Positions 25,710 through 38,919 of a stretch of DNA of 64,000 nt are shown here, piece after piece. Below the pieces are notes generated by a model. It made no database searches. It saw nothing but the letters and a program-made list of their open reading frames with translations, and had not been told where the DNA came from. This DNA is from Selaginella moellendorffii. Taxonomy: Eukaryota; Plantae; Lycopodiophyta. Position numbers and translations under genes: made by a program. The stretch spans positions 1,965,419 through 2,029,418 of the forward strand of contig NW_003314275.1 of NCBI RefSeq assembly GCF_000143415.4, written 5' to 3'. Within the stretch, counting starts at the first letter, position 1. The number at the start of each line of letters is the position of its first letter.

Positions 25710-26147
25710 TGGCGACGAGACCGATTCCCCCCTTCTTCTTTTTTTCTTCTCGGGGCCTTTTCTTTCAAGAACAAAAGCAACGGGGAGTGTGCTGCCACGT
25801 GTCTGACATCCAGGCCGTCGGGATGGCTACCGTGGTTTGAATCCATGACGTTGTTTCTGGTACATCACGCGTTTGGCTTCGAAAGGTACTCCGTACAAGC
25901 GCATCCCAGAACATTCCAAGGAAGATCCTAGCGTTCTAATCTCCAAATCTCTCAATGTTAATAAATTTGTCTTAGAGCCACAATTAAATGAAAGTTAAAA
26001 CAGTTCTTACTATAGTAAAAAAAGAGTTCACAGTTAAGCTCGCCACCTTCTGTCCAAAACCCAGAACTGAAGGCGACGAGCATACTGCATCCTGCAATCC
26101 AAAACCACAACAGCAACAAACTTATCTCTCCAGCTCCAAAGAACTAG

Positions 26148-27667
<1,520 letters not shown>

Positions 27668-27759
27668 TTAGAGCAACGAAATTGAAGAAAAGAAGCACTA
27701 GATCTAGAATTCTCGGCGCTAGAGTACCTGCGCAGAAGACGAAAGAAGGGCCGAGGAAC

Positions 27760-27965
27760 CCTAGCCGCCTCAAGAGGGTTTCTCTCAAGTGAAGACCACA
27801 AACTTATATTCTTTCCATCCGGGTTAGGGGTTTGACACTAGCCGTGCGATCGCTATCCGACGGCCAGGACAGTTTCCTCATTGCAAAGCTAACTTACCGT
27901 GCCAAATTAAGCCCAATCTCGTACGGATGGAAATGCCAAGTAACGGGGCGTTTTAGGGTTTATTG
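27760..27965. promoter_or_regulatory. Bidirectional promoter of EF1A and SSB, with telo-box (TTAGGGTTT 27953-27961) and site-II-like GCCCA (27911)
   Basis: Head-to-head genes. Telo-box plus site II is the established motif pair for plant translation-machinery promoters. Confidence 0.6.
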
Positions 27966-27973
27966 CTTTGGCG

Positions 27974-28879
27974 ATGGCGTTTTCCTCTCTGCGCTCTTCT
28001 TTGCTGCGCGCGCTTGGTAAGCCGTGCGCTCGATCGCCGGAATATCATGCTTTGGCTGTGTAGGCGCCACGAAATGCAGCAGTGAATCGGCGAGATTGGG
28101 GCGTGTAATGTGTCGTGGCTGCTCCGACGAGGCCTCGGCCTCGGACATCGAGGAATCGGTAGCCAAGGACGGTGATCAATCGGGGCGGAAGCTCCGTGCG
28201 CCTGCATTCCAGGGAGTGTACAAGGTATTGAAATCCTTCGTGCTTGAACCAGTCCTTTTTTCTTCTTTTACGTTGAACGATCACAGCTAGAAAGTTCTTC
28301 CAGCTCTCGTTCTATCTAGTTCATTGAAGTCAGCGTAGATTGAAAGTATCGAGGTTTTCTTTTCTTGTGAATGTAGGCTGTGATCGTGGGAGAACTTACG
28401 CAGCCACCAGCCGAGCTCGTTCTCAAGAATGGAAACGCGATCGTCACGCTGATGGTCGCGACTGGAGGGCTGCGCGTGCAAAAGAAGTTGAATGCTCCAA
28501 CGAAGCAAATCCACAAGGTGGTCGTTTACCATCGGCGGCTCAAGGATCTGGCGACGCAGATAAAAAAGGGGTGAGTGGAGTTCTTGGTGTTCGTCCTTTT
28601 TCTTTCCAAGATGTGTTTGTGCGAATCGCCCAGGCAGCAGATCTATCTAGAAGGCAACATGGAGTCGAGGGTCTTCAATGATCCTGTTACTGGCGCCGTC
28701 AAGCTATCGCGAGAGATCTCCGTGAGACAAAATGGTAAGCATGGTTTCTTCTCATTGCCTTAGAACTTGGTCCTTGTGGTTCCTTCTTTTTCTCTCTAGG
28801 ACGTTTGTTTATGCTGGACGATCTGGAATTGAGGGGGGTCAATCTCAAAGCTCCTAAAGTGGAGGAAGGAAATCGATGA
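27974..28879 (+). CDS. SSB: Organellar (probably mitochondrial) single-stranded DNA-binding protein, multi-exon
   Basis: Presequence MAFSSLRSSLLRAL. OB-fold GVYK-AVIVGE...VATGG...HKVVVY...IYLEGNMESRVFNDPVTG...REISVRQNG matches plant mitochondrial SSB. Confidence 0.85.
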
Positions 28880-30856
28880 AAACAAACGAAAAGGTAGTGT
28901 TTTTTTGTAACATAAAAACCTTTCTCAAAATGACTGTAAATCTTTTAGCTAGGGTTTTTTAGCCAAGTAAAATTTGTTAAAATGCTTTCATTCAATTTAA
29001 ACCGGATTTTTTAATGCTAAAATTTAATGCAACCACCCATTAGTTTAAATAAATGTTTAAAATAACACACTTTTTATTCTTCAGAAGTTTGCAATGTATT
29101 GCAAAACAAAAGCTGGACAAACGTTTATCCAAGCCAAATCTTTGTTGTAGATGATTGGTTGCATTAAGAATTTATAATATATTGCAAAAAAAAAAAGCTA
29201 GACATACCTTTATGCAAGTCAAATCCTTGCTGTGATGATTGGTTACATTGAGATTTTCTGATCATCAAAATGACATCATGATCATGGGTAACCTTTTTCA
29301 CCAAGGAGGTAAGGTGACAACACAATAGGATTTGGACAAGCTTGATTAGGAATTTCTATTATTGAAGTTTACATGATCTCTTTCCATTGAAGATGGCTGC
29401 AAAATCTTGAATTTCACCATACTTGAGTGGCCACAGCAAATGTATAAAAACTGTTTTTTACTGTTAACAATTGTAAAGATGATAAATTGATGGTGCTTGA
29501 AATATACACCAGGATCTTCAGTTGGCTGCATGATCTCAAACTGTGTATAGTTGAAGCATCCTGCAAAATCTTGCTCTAGATAAACCCAACTAATCTTTTA
29601 GGAACTTGATTGAATCTCTAAGTGTATTGATAATTGCTTTGCAAATCTCATACACAATCCCAACTACCGTACTCTCATCAATCCTAAAGAGCTCTAAGAG
29701 TGTTATATACTTAACTACATTTCTTAGGTCATACAAGGTACAAATTACTTTGACTTGCACCAAAACTACTCTCTGATAGTTGGTAGATCATACAAGAGAA
29801 GATCAACAAAACGAATGAAAGTTAGCTTTCCCATGCCAAAGTTCTACTTCTAATGAGTGTTGTCATAAACTTACTCAATGAATCTGTTAAACTATAATGT
29901 TGAGTTGGCTTCACCCACCACAAGCCATACAGATCAACTCAAGAAGCAGCCCTTACTATTAGCAAAGAAACTTATTGAACAATATAACTACTCTAATTGA
30001 TCCTCAAATTCCCAATCTAGATCCTAAACTTTATCTAAGTAATTACACCTTTTTCTACCTTTGATAAGTAGTTTGCATGAACCATAATGCCTTCTGAATA
30101 ACCAGTAACTTGGCCAATTTGATCATGCTCTTGATGCAACAGATGTTTCTGTAGCTTGCATTGTCATATAGTTCCTTTTAAAATATTTTTGTTTCTATTT
30201 TTGAACTTTGCTTTTTCTTGTAGGTTCTCATTGAAAACCATGAAGCTCAAGCTGTTCAGAAGTCAGAAGGCATTGTGTAACATGGATTCCTTTACAATGG
30301 CCCTGACTAGAATCTAGTGAGTAGAAATAAAAACTAATTAGGTGGAAATGCTTAGAAACACTTTATTCCAGTGGCAGACAGTGAGCTACAAACAAAGGTT
30401 TCTAATAAAAAAACTAAGCAAAATTACACATCTTTTAAACATTGTTAATCATAAGCTCTTAAATGGGATTGTAAATCCTCGTCACCCTTTGTCTTGTAAT
30501 GAAGATTTTATGCACGCAAATCCATGATAAATCTCCTCTCCTTGCCCTAGTGTTGATTAAACATCGGTTTGGATTGCAAGGCATATGAGAATCTTGCAAC
30601 AATCAGATCCTTTAGATTAAAGGATGTCCAAAGTATTGGAATGTTAACTAAGAGGATAAGTGATCCAAAAAAGTAAAACAAGCTTTGACAGTTATTTCAT
30701 AGGCATTGACATTCCAATGTAATCTTTTGAAGAAAAAACCAATCACTGTCTGTTTTATTGCTTATTTTTCAAGGTATGAAATTGACTTAGTTTCAAACAA
30801 AACAAGTTGCAAATTTGAAATATATTGATGAAAGGACAAGTTCAACTTGGATCTCA

Positions 30857-31270
30857 ATGTTTTTCATTTTCTTGGTGGCTTCACTCTTTAGCTCATTTTT
30901 ATCATCACTTGCATACTCTGGTGAGGTGATCAAAGAATGCGATGAAACTGAACATGCATATAATAGTCATGAGACTTTCTGTGACTGCCTTTGGGATATT
31001 TGGGGAGAGTTTGGTGATGCACGGGCACCTGGTGTTTATATTGCAAGACAAGGAGCATTTATAATGATCCTCACCATTAGTAGAATCCATGATTATATAG
31101 AAGATGATATTCGTCAAGCTCTCGAGGATAGTTGGCGTGATTGTTTACAGTTTAACCATGGCACCAGTAAGATAACAATGAGGGATGCTTCTATGCGCTT
31201 GTTTATCCAGAACTCACGACGAGACCTATTTTACGTGGAACAACAGTTAAGTTATCCTTATTGCCTTTAA
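30857..31270 (+). CDS. SSP family, intact copy 3 (137 aa, signal peptide, 5 Cys, intronless)
   Basis: Intact ORF MFFIFLVASLFSSFLSSLAYS-GEVIKEC...YPYCL. Paralogous to 38013-38444. Confidence 0.8.
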   Translation: MFFIFLVASLFSSFLSSLAYSGEVIKECDETEHAYNSHETFCDCLWDIWGEFGDARAPGVYIARQGAFIMILTISRIHDYIEDDIRQALEDSWRDCLQFNHGTSKITMRDASMRLFIQNSRRDLFYVEQQLSYPYCL

Positions 31271-31599
31271 ATTGACAAAATATATAAAGTGATTATATGG
31301 TCATTAATATTAATATTTATGGCAAGTTTATCCTAGGGTGAGATCGGAATAATGCCTCAATAGAAACAGCTTCTTCAATCTTCTTCTATGGTTTGGACTC
31401 AAAGCCCTAGGCGAGAGCTCAATCCCGTAGCCACCTTTGTCCTCTGATCCTCTTGTCAGGTGAAGTGTCTCACAGCATGTTACTGGTATGATATATTGAT
31501 TGAAGAAATATTTCAAGCTTTGGAAATAAAGACGGATTCACAATTTCAAGGTACCATATTTCAGCCACAAAGTTGATACTACTTAAAAAGTGCAGAAGG

Positions 31600-31745
31600 G
31601 CTAGACAGATTTATGAGAGTTTCAGAATACATACCGAGCACGATGAATCTGCCATTGCTCTCGGAAAGTATGGGAGAAATTTACTAATAACAGGCACGGG
31701 CCTGATGTTTATACCTCGAACAGTATAGAATACTTTCCTCCTCGT
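31600..31745 (+). pseudogene. SSP family fragment, copy 4
   Basis: Encodes ICHCSRKVWEKFTNNRHGPDVYT. Closest to the 5425-5644 copy. Confidence 0.6.
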
Positions 31746-32260
31746 GTGTGTGTGCGTCTCTATCGGGCATCATCTCTCAGGTAGGTTTTACAGTACCAAC
31801 AGTTTCTACATTTCAGATAGACTCATTTAATCGTTTGTTGTAACAGGCACACCACCAGGAGTTTTCTTATCCTTTCATCATTAAGTAACAGCTCCTTACT
31901 AGTGGACGAGTTTCAGGAGATAATTCAAGCTCTTGGAAGCGCTTTCTACCAGCCACTTACAGTCGACCAGCAGATTTATTCCTGGAGAGGAGCTGCCGGA
32001 TCCAAAACTTTGCCAGCTTTTCGTTGTCGTAAAATGATCGTGAGAATCCACATTCTTTTCAAAAATCCACACGCAGTTCATGGCGGACAGTCTCTTCCAT
32101 CTCGAATTTATCTTGCCCTTATTTGTTTTTCGTTCCATCGCGTCCAGTGGTGCTCCCTTCCCTTCGTGTTGTGTCCTTTGTGGCTGTAACGTTGATGCGC
32201 CCTAAACCCTAATCAAGAATATTCGCTTAGGGCTCTAAGGTTTGTTGTTGCGGGAAGGGA

Positions 32261-33521
32261 ATGCTGCTGCAGCCCACGCGATGGCGGCAGCTAATGGATG
32301 GGATCGGGCGTGCGGGGCGTCAGGTCGATTCGGCATTCTCTTGGCGGCAGCCGATCCATGGCGCTGGAGGGCCTGGGCCTCGGATCGAGCCGGCATTCTC
32401 TTGCCCGCGCCGGTTTTACGCAATCCTCACCATGGATGACTGCATTCCCAAGCCGCGGCCCATCGTGGAGGCCGTTCCCAAGCCCATGGACAGGACGTCG
32501 AGGAGGACGGGTCTCATTGCTGTGAAATGCGGCATGACCGCGGTCTGGGACAAATGGGGGCGGAGGATTCCAATCACTGTGCTATGGGCCGATGATAACC
32601 AGGTTGTCCAAGTGAAGACAGTGGATCACGAAGGATTCAACGCTCTCCAGGTAAGTTTTGTTTTCTCTTGCAAAGCTTTGCTCGACTATTTGGTTTTTTT
32701 TGTGTGTGTTTTTCTGGCTTCTTAGGTGGGATGTGGCCAGAAGAAGCCCAAGCAGCTGAGCATACCAGAGCTCGGCCATTTCCGATCGAAAGGCGTGCCG
32801 ATCAAGCGAAAGCTCAAAGAGTTTCAAGTCTCCGAAGACGCGCTCCTCCCGGTCGGGACTCCACTTACCGTGAGGCATTTTGTTCCTGGCCAGTTCTTGG
32901 ACGTCACCGGCGTCAGCATAGGAAAAGGATTCCAGGTTTTTGTTGCTTCTAGTTTGGATCTTGTTTGATGTTACTTTGTTTATGTATCAGGGTCCGATGA
33001 AAAGATGGGGTTTTGCTGGAATGCCTGCGTCCCACGGAGCCTCGCTTTCTCACAGAAGCCATGGAGCCACTGGAGGAAGAAAATCACCAGGCAAAGTAAA
33101 CATGACGATGCCATAGAAGTCGATGCTGTTGCTAAGTTTCTTTCTCTCTTTCAGGTTTTCAAGAATAAAAAGATGGCAGGACAAATGGGAAACCGGAAGG
33201 CCACTGTGTTTTGCGTCTGGGTTTACAAAGTGGAGCCGCAGCGAGATCTTATATGGGTCAAAGGACAGGTACTCACTCACGAGAAAATTTGGTTTCTCTT
33301 GTCTTTCTTTCAGTTAGAAATGCGAGCTCTCTCTACAGGTACCGGGTTGCAAAGGAAATTTTGTCTACATCAGAGACTCTTGGAACAAGCCGCCAGACGT
33401 TTCGCTCACTCCTTTTCCGACACATTTCGCTCCTCCTGACGAAGATCCTGCGACTCTAGAGGCACTGATCGCAGATGTAGGAGCCGAAGATCCTTTCCAA
33501 GTTGATGAAGAGAAGAAGTGA
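32261..33521 (+). CDS. RPL3: 50S-type ribosomal protein L3, mitochondrial-type, multi-exon
   Basis: [41 protein letters not shown] and VKGQVPG. Telo-box AAACCCTAA at 32204-32212. Confidence 0.92.
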
Positions 33522-33681
33522 TCATAGCACAAAGTTTTGGAATAATCCGCATTTCTAACTTATTCCAAATCACGATTCTGGGCTTGACATTCACCAATTA
33601 CTGTTTGCTACCAATTTCAACATACCAAATCTGACGTAGTTTCAAATGAAAACAATATATATATTCGCAAAAGACCTCAAA

Positions 33682-33950
33682 ATGGTTCGTGTTTTCACGG
33701 TTGCTCTACTCTTGAGCTCATTTGGTACCGAGGCTATTGTAGAATGTGATCGAAGTGAAAGTGTATGTAACGATCTCTTTTCATATTTCGGATGACCTTA
33801 ACGATGCACAGGCGCCTGATGTCACAAGATTTGGTCTGTAATGATCCTCACAACCATGATCGAATGGTGAGCGATTTTGAGGAAGCTATCTGTGACATCT
33901 GGGAGGATTGTTTGCATGACAGAGTAGCATAGAGAGATAGTTCCATGCCC
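33682..33950 (+). pseudogene. SSP family, decayed copy 5
   Basis: MVRVFTVALLLSSFG...VECD, then DFEEAICDIWEDCL and DSSM, matching the 38013 copy (DFEEAIDDIWENCL, DGSM). Contains deletions and stops. Confidence 0.7.
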
Positions 33951-35103
33951 CTCATGAAGTGGACAACAGTTATGTTTTAATGGTAGGTAAATTAATAATT
34001 TTTCTAAAAAAAACTTAAAAGATGATAAGAGCTTCTCTAAAGGTAATATTGTGCAGACATGGAACCATATGTTTTTATTCTTGACAACTTTCAAGGTACT
34101 AATTCTATATAATGCCTTCCATGCACCTTTAACCTCAAAGATGTTTATCACTTGGAGCATTTGAACTTGAAAAAGTTTTCAACTATGAATGATGTTTTGT
34201 TTTGAGGATGATTGGGATGGCAGATGATCAGGATAAGGATGGCAAATGGAGGTGATTCAATATTGCACACATAACATTGGAAAAGAAATATATAGATCCC
34301 TTAGTTTCAGAGGAAATTCATGATATTTCTCTACTCCTTGTAGCAACAATATGACTTTTTTTAAGATAAGCCAATGCATTTATCTCATGTGAGAGGTAAA
34401 ATAGCACATTTTAGCCTTGTGTTATAGGATGTTCACACCTCACTTAAAGTGATGAGTTGGAGTATGTTGCAATCTGACATTATTTTGGCATCATAAACAC
34501 ATTAGTGGTGGAGTGTTCTGTGACAAGTTTTGTGCATTACAGAGCATAGCAGGTGGCTTTAAGTCCTGCAGTGGAGTCATTTCAGAAGCAAACAAAAACA
34601 ATGTTAAGTGTTCATGCTTATGGTTTTGCTTGACATGAATAATTTGAGTAATCAATACTTATAAGGGTATCTTCTTAAATTTTATTAAGCCAAGGTTGTT
34701 TATTCTTATTTTTTATTTCAGTGAATCCAAGCTTTTTAGTAGAGGTTTTTATATCAAAACTTCAAGAATTCTTAAATAATTTTTGTTGAACCTTTTAAAG
34801 CTTTATCAGATTATTTTTTGTTGAGAATTATTGAGATTTATTCTTGCACAGTGTCTGAGGTGTATGTTCCATTTTGCATCGTGAGGGACTGTTGATACTC
34901 TATTGTCTGCTTGCGAACTTTAGAAACGCATCACCAACATCCTTGAATCCATGGGCTCCATCATTTTCATTTATTTAAATTTGTCATCAGAGTGGTTAAT
35001 GTGTCATTGTTGAAGCATATTTCTGCTGGAGGCTGGAAAGCTCCATGTACGCCCATCTTTTCACAAGCTTTAAGGGCTCTCATCTTTTCCAGAGGTTCAA
35101 GCC

Positions 35104-35720
35104 ATGGCAAAGCTTGGAGCTCTCATAGTTTTCCTTTCCTTCTTCTTCTTCTTTGCTCTTTCCTTGGCTTGTGAACTCCCTCGAGTTCCTATGCATCTCA
35201 GCAACATGGCACTGATTTGATCCAAGCATCATCTCTCTTTCGGTTTTGATCTTGTGTAACATTTTCTTTTTGTTGATTTATAGAATCCCAGTCCAAGCTC
35301 AAGGGCGAGGGCAACTACTCTGTACTGAGAATCTTCTACACGAAAGGTCCCTTAACACTCGAAGTCAAAAAGTCGTGGCTCTACTTTGGAAAATGGGTCG
35401 ATGGAATCACTGATTTCACAGTTGGATCTCCTGATGGCCTCAAGATGACTGCGTGGGGCGAATCTATGCCAGTGAGAGGTCCGCGTCCCCCACCGGTACC
35501 CAGGGCTCCTTTGATATTCACGGGACCGATGGCCGGAAGGTAGTATATGTCTACTGGTACGTTTCTTATGGTGGAATGGAAGTATACCGCACGAGATAGC
35601 CGGTTCAAGGTGACGACCACAAGGATTGGAGAATCTTATCTGGACGTGACTATGGTGATCACATACATTGCCAAGAAGCTATTGCTTGAAACTTTGTGTT
35701 TGAGTAAGAGTTCCTTATGA
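35104..35720 (+). pseudogene. Aegerolysin-like gene with putative signal-peptide exon, copy C (two frameshifts)
   Basis: MAKLGALIVFLSFFFFFALSLA, a probable intron, then SKLKGEGNYSVLRIFYTKGPLTLEVKKSWLYFGKWVDGITDFTVGSPDGLKMTAW / RIYASERSASPTGTQGSFDIHGTDGRKVVYVYWYVSYGG / WKYTARDSRFKVTTTRIGESYLDVTMVITY. Matches the aegerolysin pattern WGK...I-x-A-x-x-R...GT-x-G-x-FD...K-V-x-x-x-YW. Confidence 0.7.
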
Positions 35721-36234
35721 TAAAAAGCTTTGTTGAGCTTGTGATGTATGGCGCAGCGAATTTTGGTATTTTTGAGCTTCGCATCTCCCACAGTTCCATT
35801 CCAAGAGTCAATTAAATGGCTTGAAGTTAGAAAGTGACTATCGTGATCGCCGTTAGATTTGAAACTATCTCAAAACTCTCATCCAAGGACGAAACCACCT
35901 GCTAAAAACAGGCAAAGGAAAAAAAACTCGTTGGAAATCAACAAAGCCAAGAAGAAGACAATTTATAACTTTGTAAATCAAATGAAGAATGCAATAAGTC
36001 CAGTTTTTAATTAGTGCAATTATCCTAGGCTTGACATGCTCGCGTTATTAGAGTTTTCACTCCACAGAACGTCTCCTCAACTTAAGATGCTGAGAGTCAA
36101 ATAATGTGGTGTCCCACATACACGTATCTCGCTTGTTTTTTCGCTGTCTATTCATGCCTTGGTGGTTGTAATGTTAATACAGTCCTCTTTGCATAACAAG
36201 ATACAAAAAAATTAATGTGGAGAGCGAGTGATTG

Positions 36235-36356
36235 ATTGTCTCCAAATCCATGGCTGGTGGCAGCAGTGGCAAGGATAAGGACGGGGTAGAGGGGAATTGT
36301 CTCCAAATCCATGGCTGGCGGCGGCAGTGGCAAGGATAGGGACGGGGTAGAGGGGA
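36235..36356. repeat. Tandem duplication, 2 x about 61 bp
   Basis: attgtctccaaatccatggctgg...ggacggggtagagggga occurs twice. Confidence 0.9.
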
Positions 36357-36624
36357 TATCTGATATCTATTTTGTGTAATAAGGTTTGGCCAAGTGGAAT
36401 ATGGTTATTGCATGAAACATTTGGTGGAGTGATCATTTTGGCCGAGCTGGGATGTGGAGCGGTCTTGATGTTAAAGGGCTCTTCAACGTGCTGAATAAGA
36501 GCTTGCTGCCCACTGTCCTTCATAAGATACGTGATATGCATGTGAATTCTACAGGAACAAAATGGGAGTCCCGCATCTAAGATTCCGAGACTTGAAACTC
36601 TTCAAGCTTTCTCTTAATCGTACA

Positions 36625-36900
36625 CGGAAATGGCCGAGCTGTGGCAAGCTAAGCTGCCTGGGCACAGCCCACCTAACGAGCCAGGAAAAAAAGAGCAATA
36701 GAAAACAAAAGAACAAACACTTACCTGGAGAGCCTTGAATGTTTCGTGATCCACGGTCTTCACCTGGACAACCTGGTTATCATCGGCCCATAGTACAGTG
36801 ATTGGAATCCTCCGCCCCCATTTGTCCCACACCGCGGTACTGGTCATGCCGCATTTCACACCTGTCCTTCTAGCCATGAGCTTGGGAATGATAGCCATGA
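36625..36900 (-). pseudogene. Inverted fragment of RPL3 (end of exon 1, intron 1 and start of exon 2)
   Basis: [46 protein letters not shown], followed by a GTAAGT intron and [10 protein letters not shown]. Confidence 0.88.
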
Positions 36901-37324
36901 GTGAGCTTATCGAGGGAGCAGCTGCGACAACAAGGAAACGTCCACGGACGGGACACCAAGAAGAAACAGGAAGGCTTGCTTGCAAGAAAGTGAAGCCAAA
37001 GTAGAACAATGTTGCTCGACGAAGCTCGTCTTAACGGACTGTGGCTCGTCTGTTAACTTGATCTAGCTGTTGGCAGCCGTTGGATGAAGTCAGGTTCTCA
37101 GCGAGAACGTGGCTGACAACTGCCAGGTTCAGCTATCAACTGCCAATTCTAGAGAACCCTCTCATCCTCGAATAACGTTATTCCACGTGTTCGCTAATGG
37201 TCTCGCCACAGCTAAGGCCATTCCCCGGGCACGGGCTCGCTCGTTCCCTCCAGAACGCGCTCGCCGGGCTAACGCCCGGCTTGCCCGTTCTGGGCGGGAA
37301 CGTGCTCGCCTTACCCGGGAACTC

Positions 37325-37715
37325 CTTCATCATTCGGATGTGCTCCCAGTCAGAAGGCCGATAAGCTGGCTGGAGATCTCTTTTCTACCGGACAATTCGA
37401 TTGTCTTCAAGCCGGAAGAGCTGTCGAGCGCGCCTGCTGAAGTTCTCGGTCGTAGTAGCCATGGTGCTTCAGATGGACGGCGAGAAGGACTCGCCAAGGA
37501 CAAAGCAGCGTTCACTAGAAACTTTTGTTCCATTCAACTTCCAAGCATACTTCCTCTCTGAGGCCAGTACCGCCCGGGGGGGGGTGGGAGGGGGTGGGGA
37601 CGAGAGAACACGAGAAGCTCGCGTCATATCGGACTCCTCACCTTTGGAAGTTTATCTGATCGCCTTACATCCATTTCTTCTCCGCAGAGAGAAGTGGTCG
37701 AAGATTTCCACCGTT
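37325..37715 (+). pseudogene. Inverted, deleted fragment of the neighbouring LRR-RLK kinase region
   Basis: DNSIVFKPEELSSAPAEVLGRSSHG...REGLAKDKAAFTR matches the reverse complement of about 39490-39960. Confidence 0.88.
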
Positions 37716-37830
37716 TTGCTCACTCCTTTTCCGACACATTCGCTCTTCCTGCGACTCTCGAGGCGTTGACCGCAGGTGTCCCAGCCCACGAAGAGAAGAA
37801 GAAATGATCAGAGCACAACCAAAGTTTGGA
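37716..37830 (+). pseudogene. Fragment of the last RPL3 exon and 3' UTR
   Basis: gctcactccttttccgacacatt...gaagagaagaag...atcagagcacaa matches about 33404-33540. Confidence 0.8.
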
Positions 37831-38012
37831 CCAGTGGGCCCTTTTAACTTCTTGTGAAACGAAGTCTTGACGATTCTTCCACGGGGGCTTTACATTTCAA
37901 GCTTTGGAGGAAAGACCGATCACTCTTAGTTTTATTGCTCGACTTTTCAACACAGCAAAGTTGACAAAAGTGATATATATCTTCAAAATCTTCTCTTTGC
38001 AAATGTATAGAG

Positions 38013-38444
38013 ATGTTTTTTATTTTTTTTATTGCTTTGTTCTTCAGCTCATTTGATTCATCGCTGGCATACTCGAGTTTGGTGATGCAGGAGTGCGATC
38101 CACAACCAAGAGTATACATCCACAACGAGGATTTTTGCTCTTGCTATTACGAGGTTTCGGATATCTTTCTTGAGCATCAGATACCTGGAGTTTACGCCCA
38201 CAGACGGGGTCCGTTATTGATGGTCCTCACTGTCTCTAGATTCCATGCTGGAACGGAGAGGGATTTTGAGGAAGCTATCGATGATATCTGGGAGAATTGC
38301 TTGGAGTTGGGGTATGGCAGCAGTAAGATAACGCTGATGGATGGTTCCATGCGCCTCTCTGTGGTGTTTCGTCGAGATGAACTGTTAAACGTTGAGCCGA
38401 CCACAAAACAATTTAGTTATCCTTATTGCCGTCAGTTTCACTGA
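38013..38444 (+). CDS. SSP family, intact copy 6 (143 aa, signal peptide, 5 Cys, intronless)
   Basis: Intact ORF with the same Cys spacing as the 30857 copy and shared PGVY, MxLTxS, SKIT, SMRL and SYPYC blocks. Confidence 0.8.
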   Translation: MFFIFFIALFFSSFDSSLAYSSLVMQECDPQPRVYIHNEDFCSCYYEVSDIFLEHQIPGVYAHRRGPLLMVLTVSRFHAGTERDFEEAIDDIWENCLELGYGSSKITLMDGSMRLSVVFRRDELLNVEPTTKQFSYPYCRQFH

Positions 38445-38514
38445 TTGTTTGAGCTGTGACAACGAATTTGCGGTGAAAAGTTATCTAGAATTAACTACGT
38501 TGTGATGCAACTTG

Positions 38515-38630
38515 TGATGAAAGATGGGGTTAATGCTTGCGTCTCACGGAGCCTCGCTTTCTCACACAAGCCACGGAGACTAAATCTCCAGCCAAAGTAA
38601 TGCTTGATACTGTTGCAAAGTTTCTATATA
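38515..38630 (+). pseudogene. Fragment of RPL3 exon 3 and intron 3
   Basis: gatgaaagatggggt...cacggagcctcgctttctcaca matches about 32996-33070. Confidence 0.7.
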
Positions 38631-38919
38631 TTTCTAAAATTTTTAACAAGCTAAAATGTTGTGGGAGTTTAGAAATGTCAATCTGTGGGAGATCTCTCAA
38701 ATGTTTTTTTTTTCTTGTTGGATCTCATTTTTCTCATTTAGATCTTCATTCTACAAGACTTCTCAAATGCTAGGTTTTCCAATGGTTGGATTATTATTCT
38801 TTTCACTTGCATGCTCTAGTGTTCACTTTCTTCCTCCACACATAACAAGATTTATTATGTGCATCAAATAATGAGCATGGAAAACCTATAAAAATCTTAC
38901 AACGAGAAAAAGCGTCCTG

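Noticed and set aside
29000-38900. MACPF or Cry35-type partner for the aegerolysin-like genes
   Set aside because: No ORF or remnant with such motifs was recognised here or at 1-11 kb.
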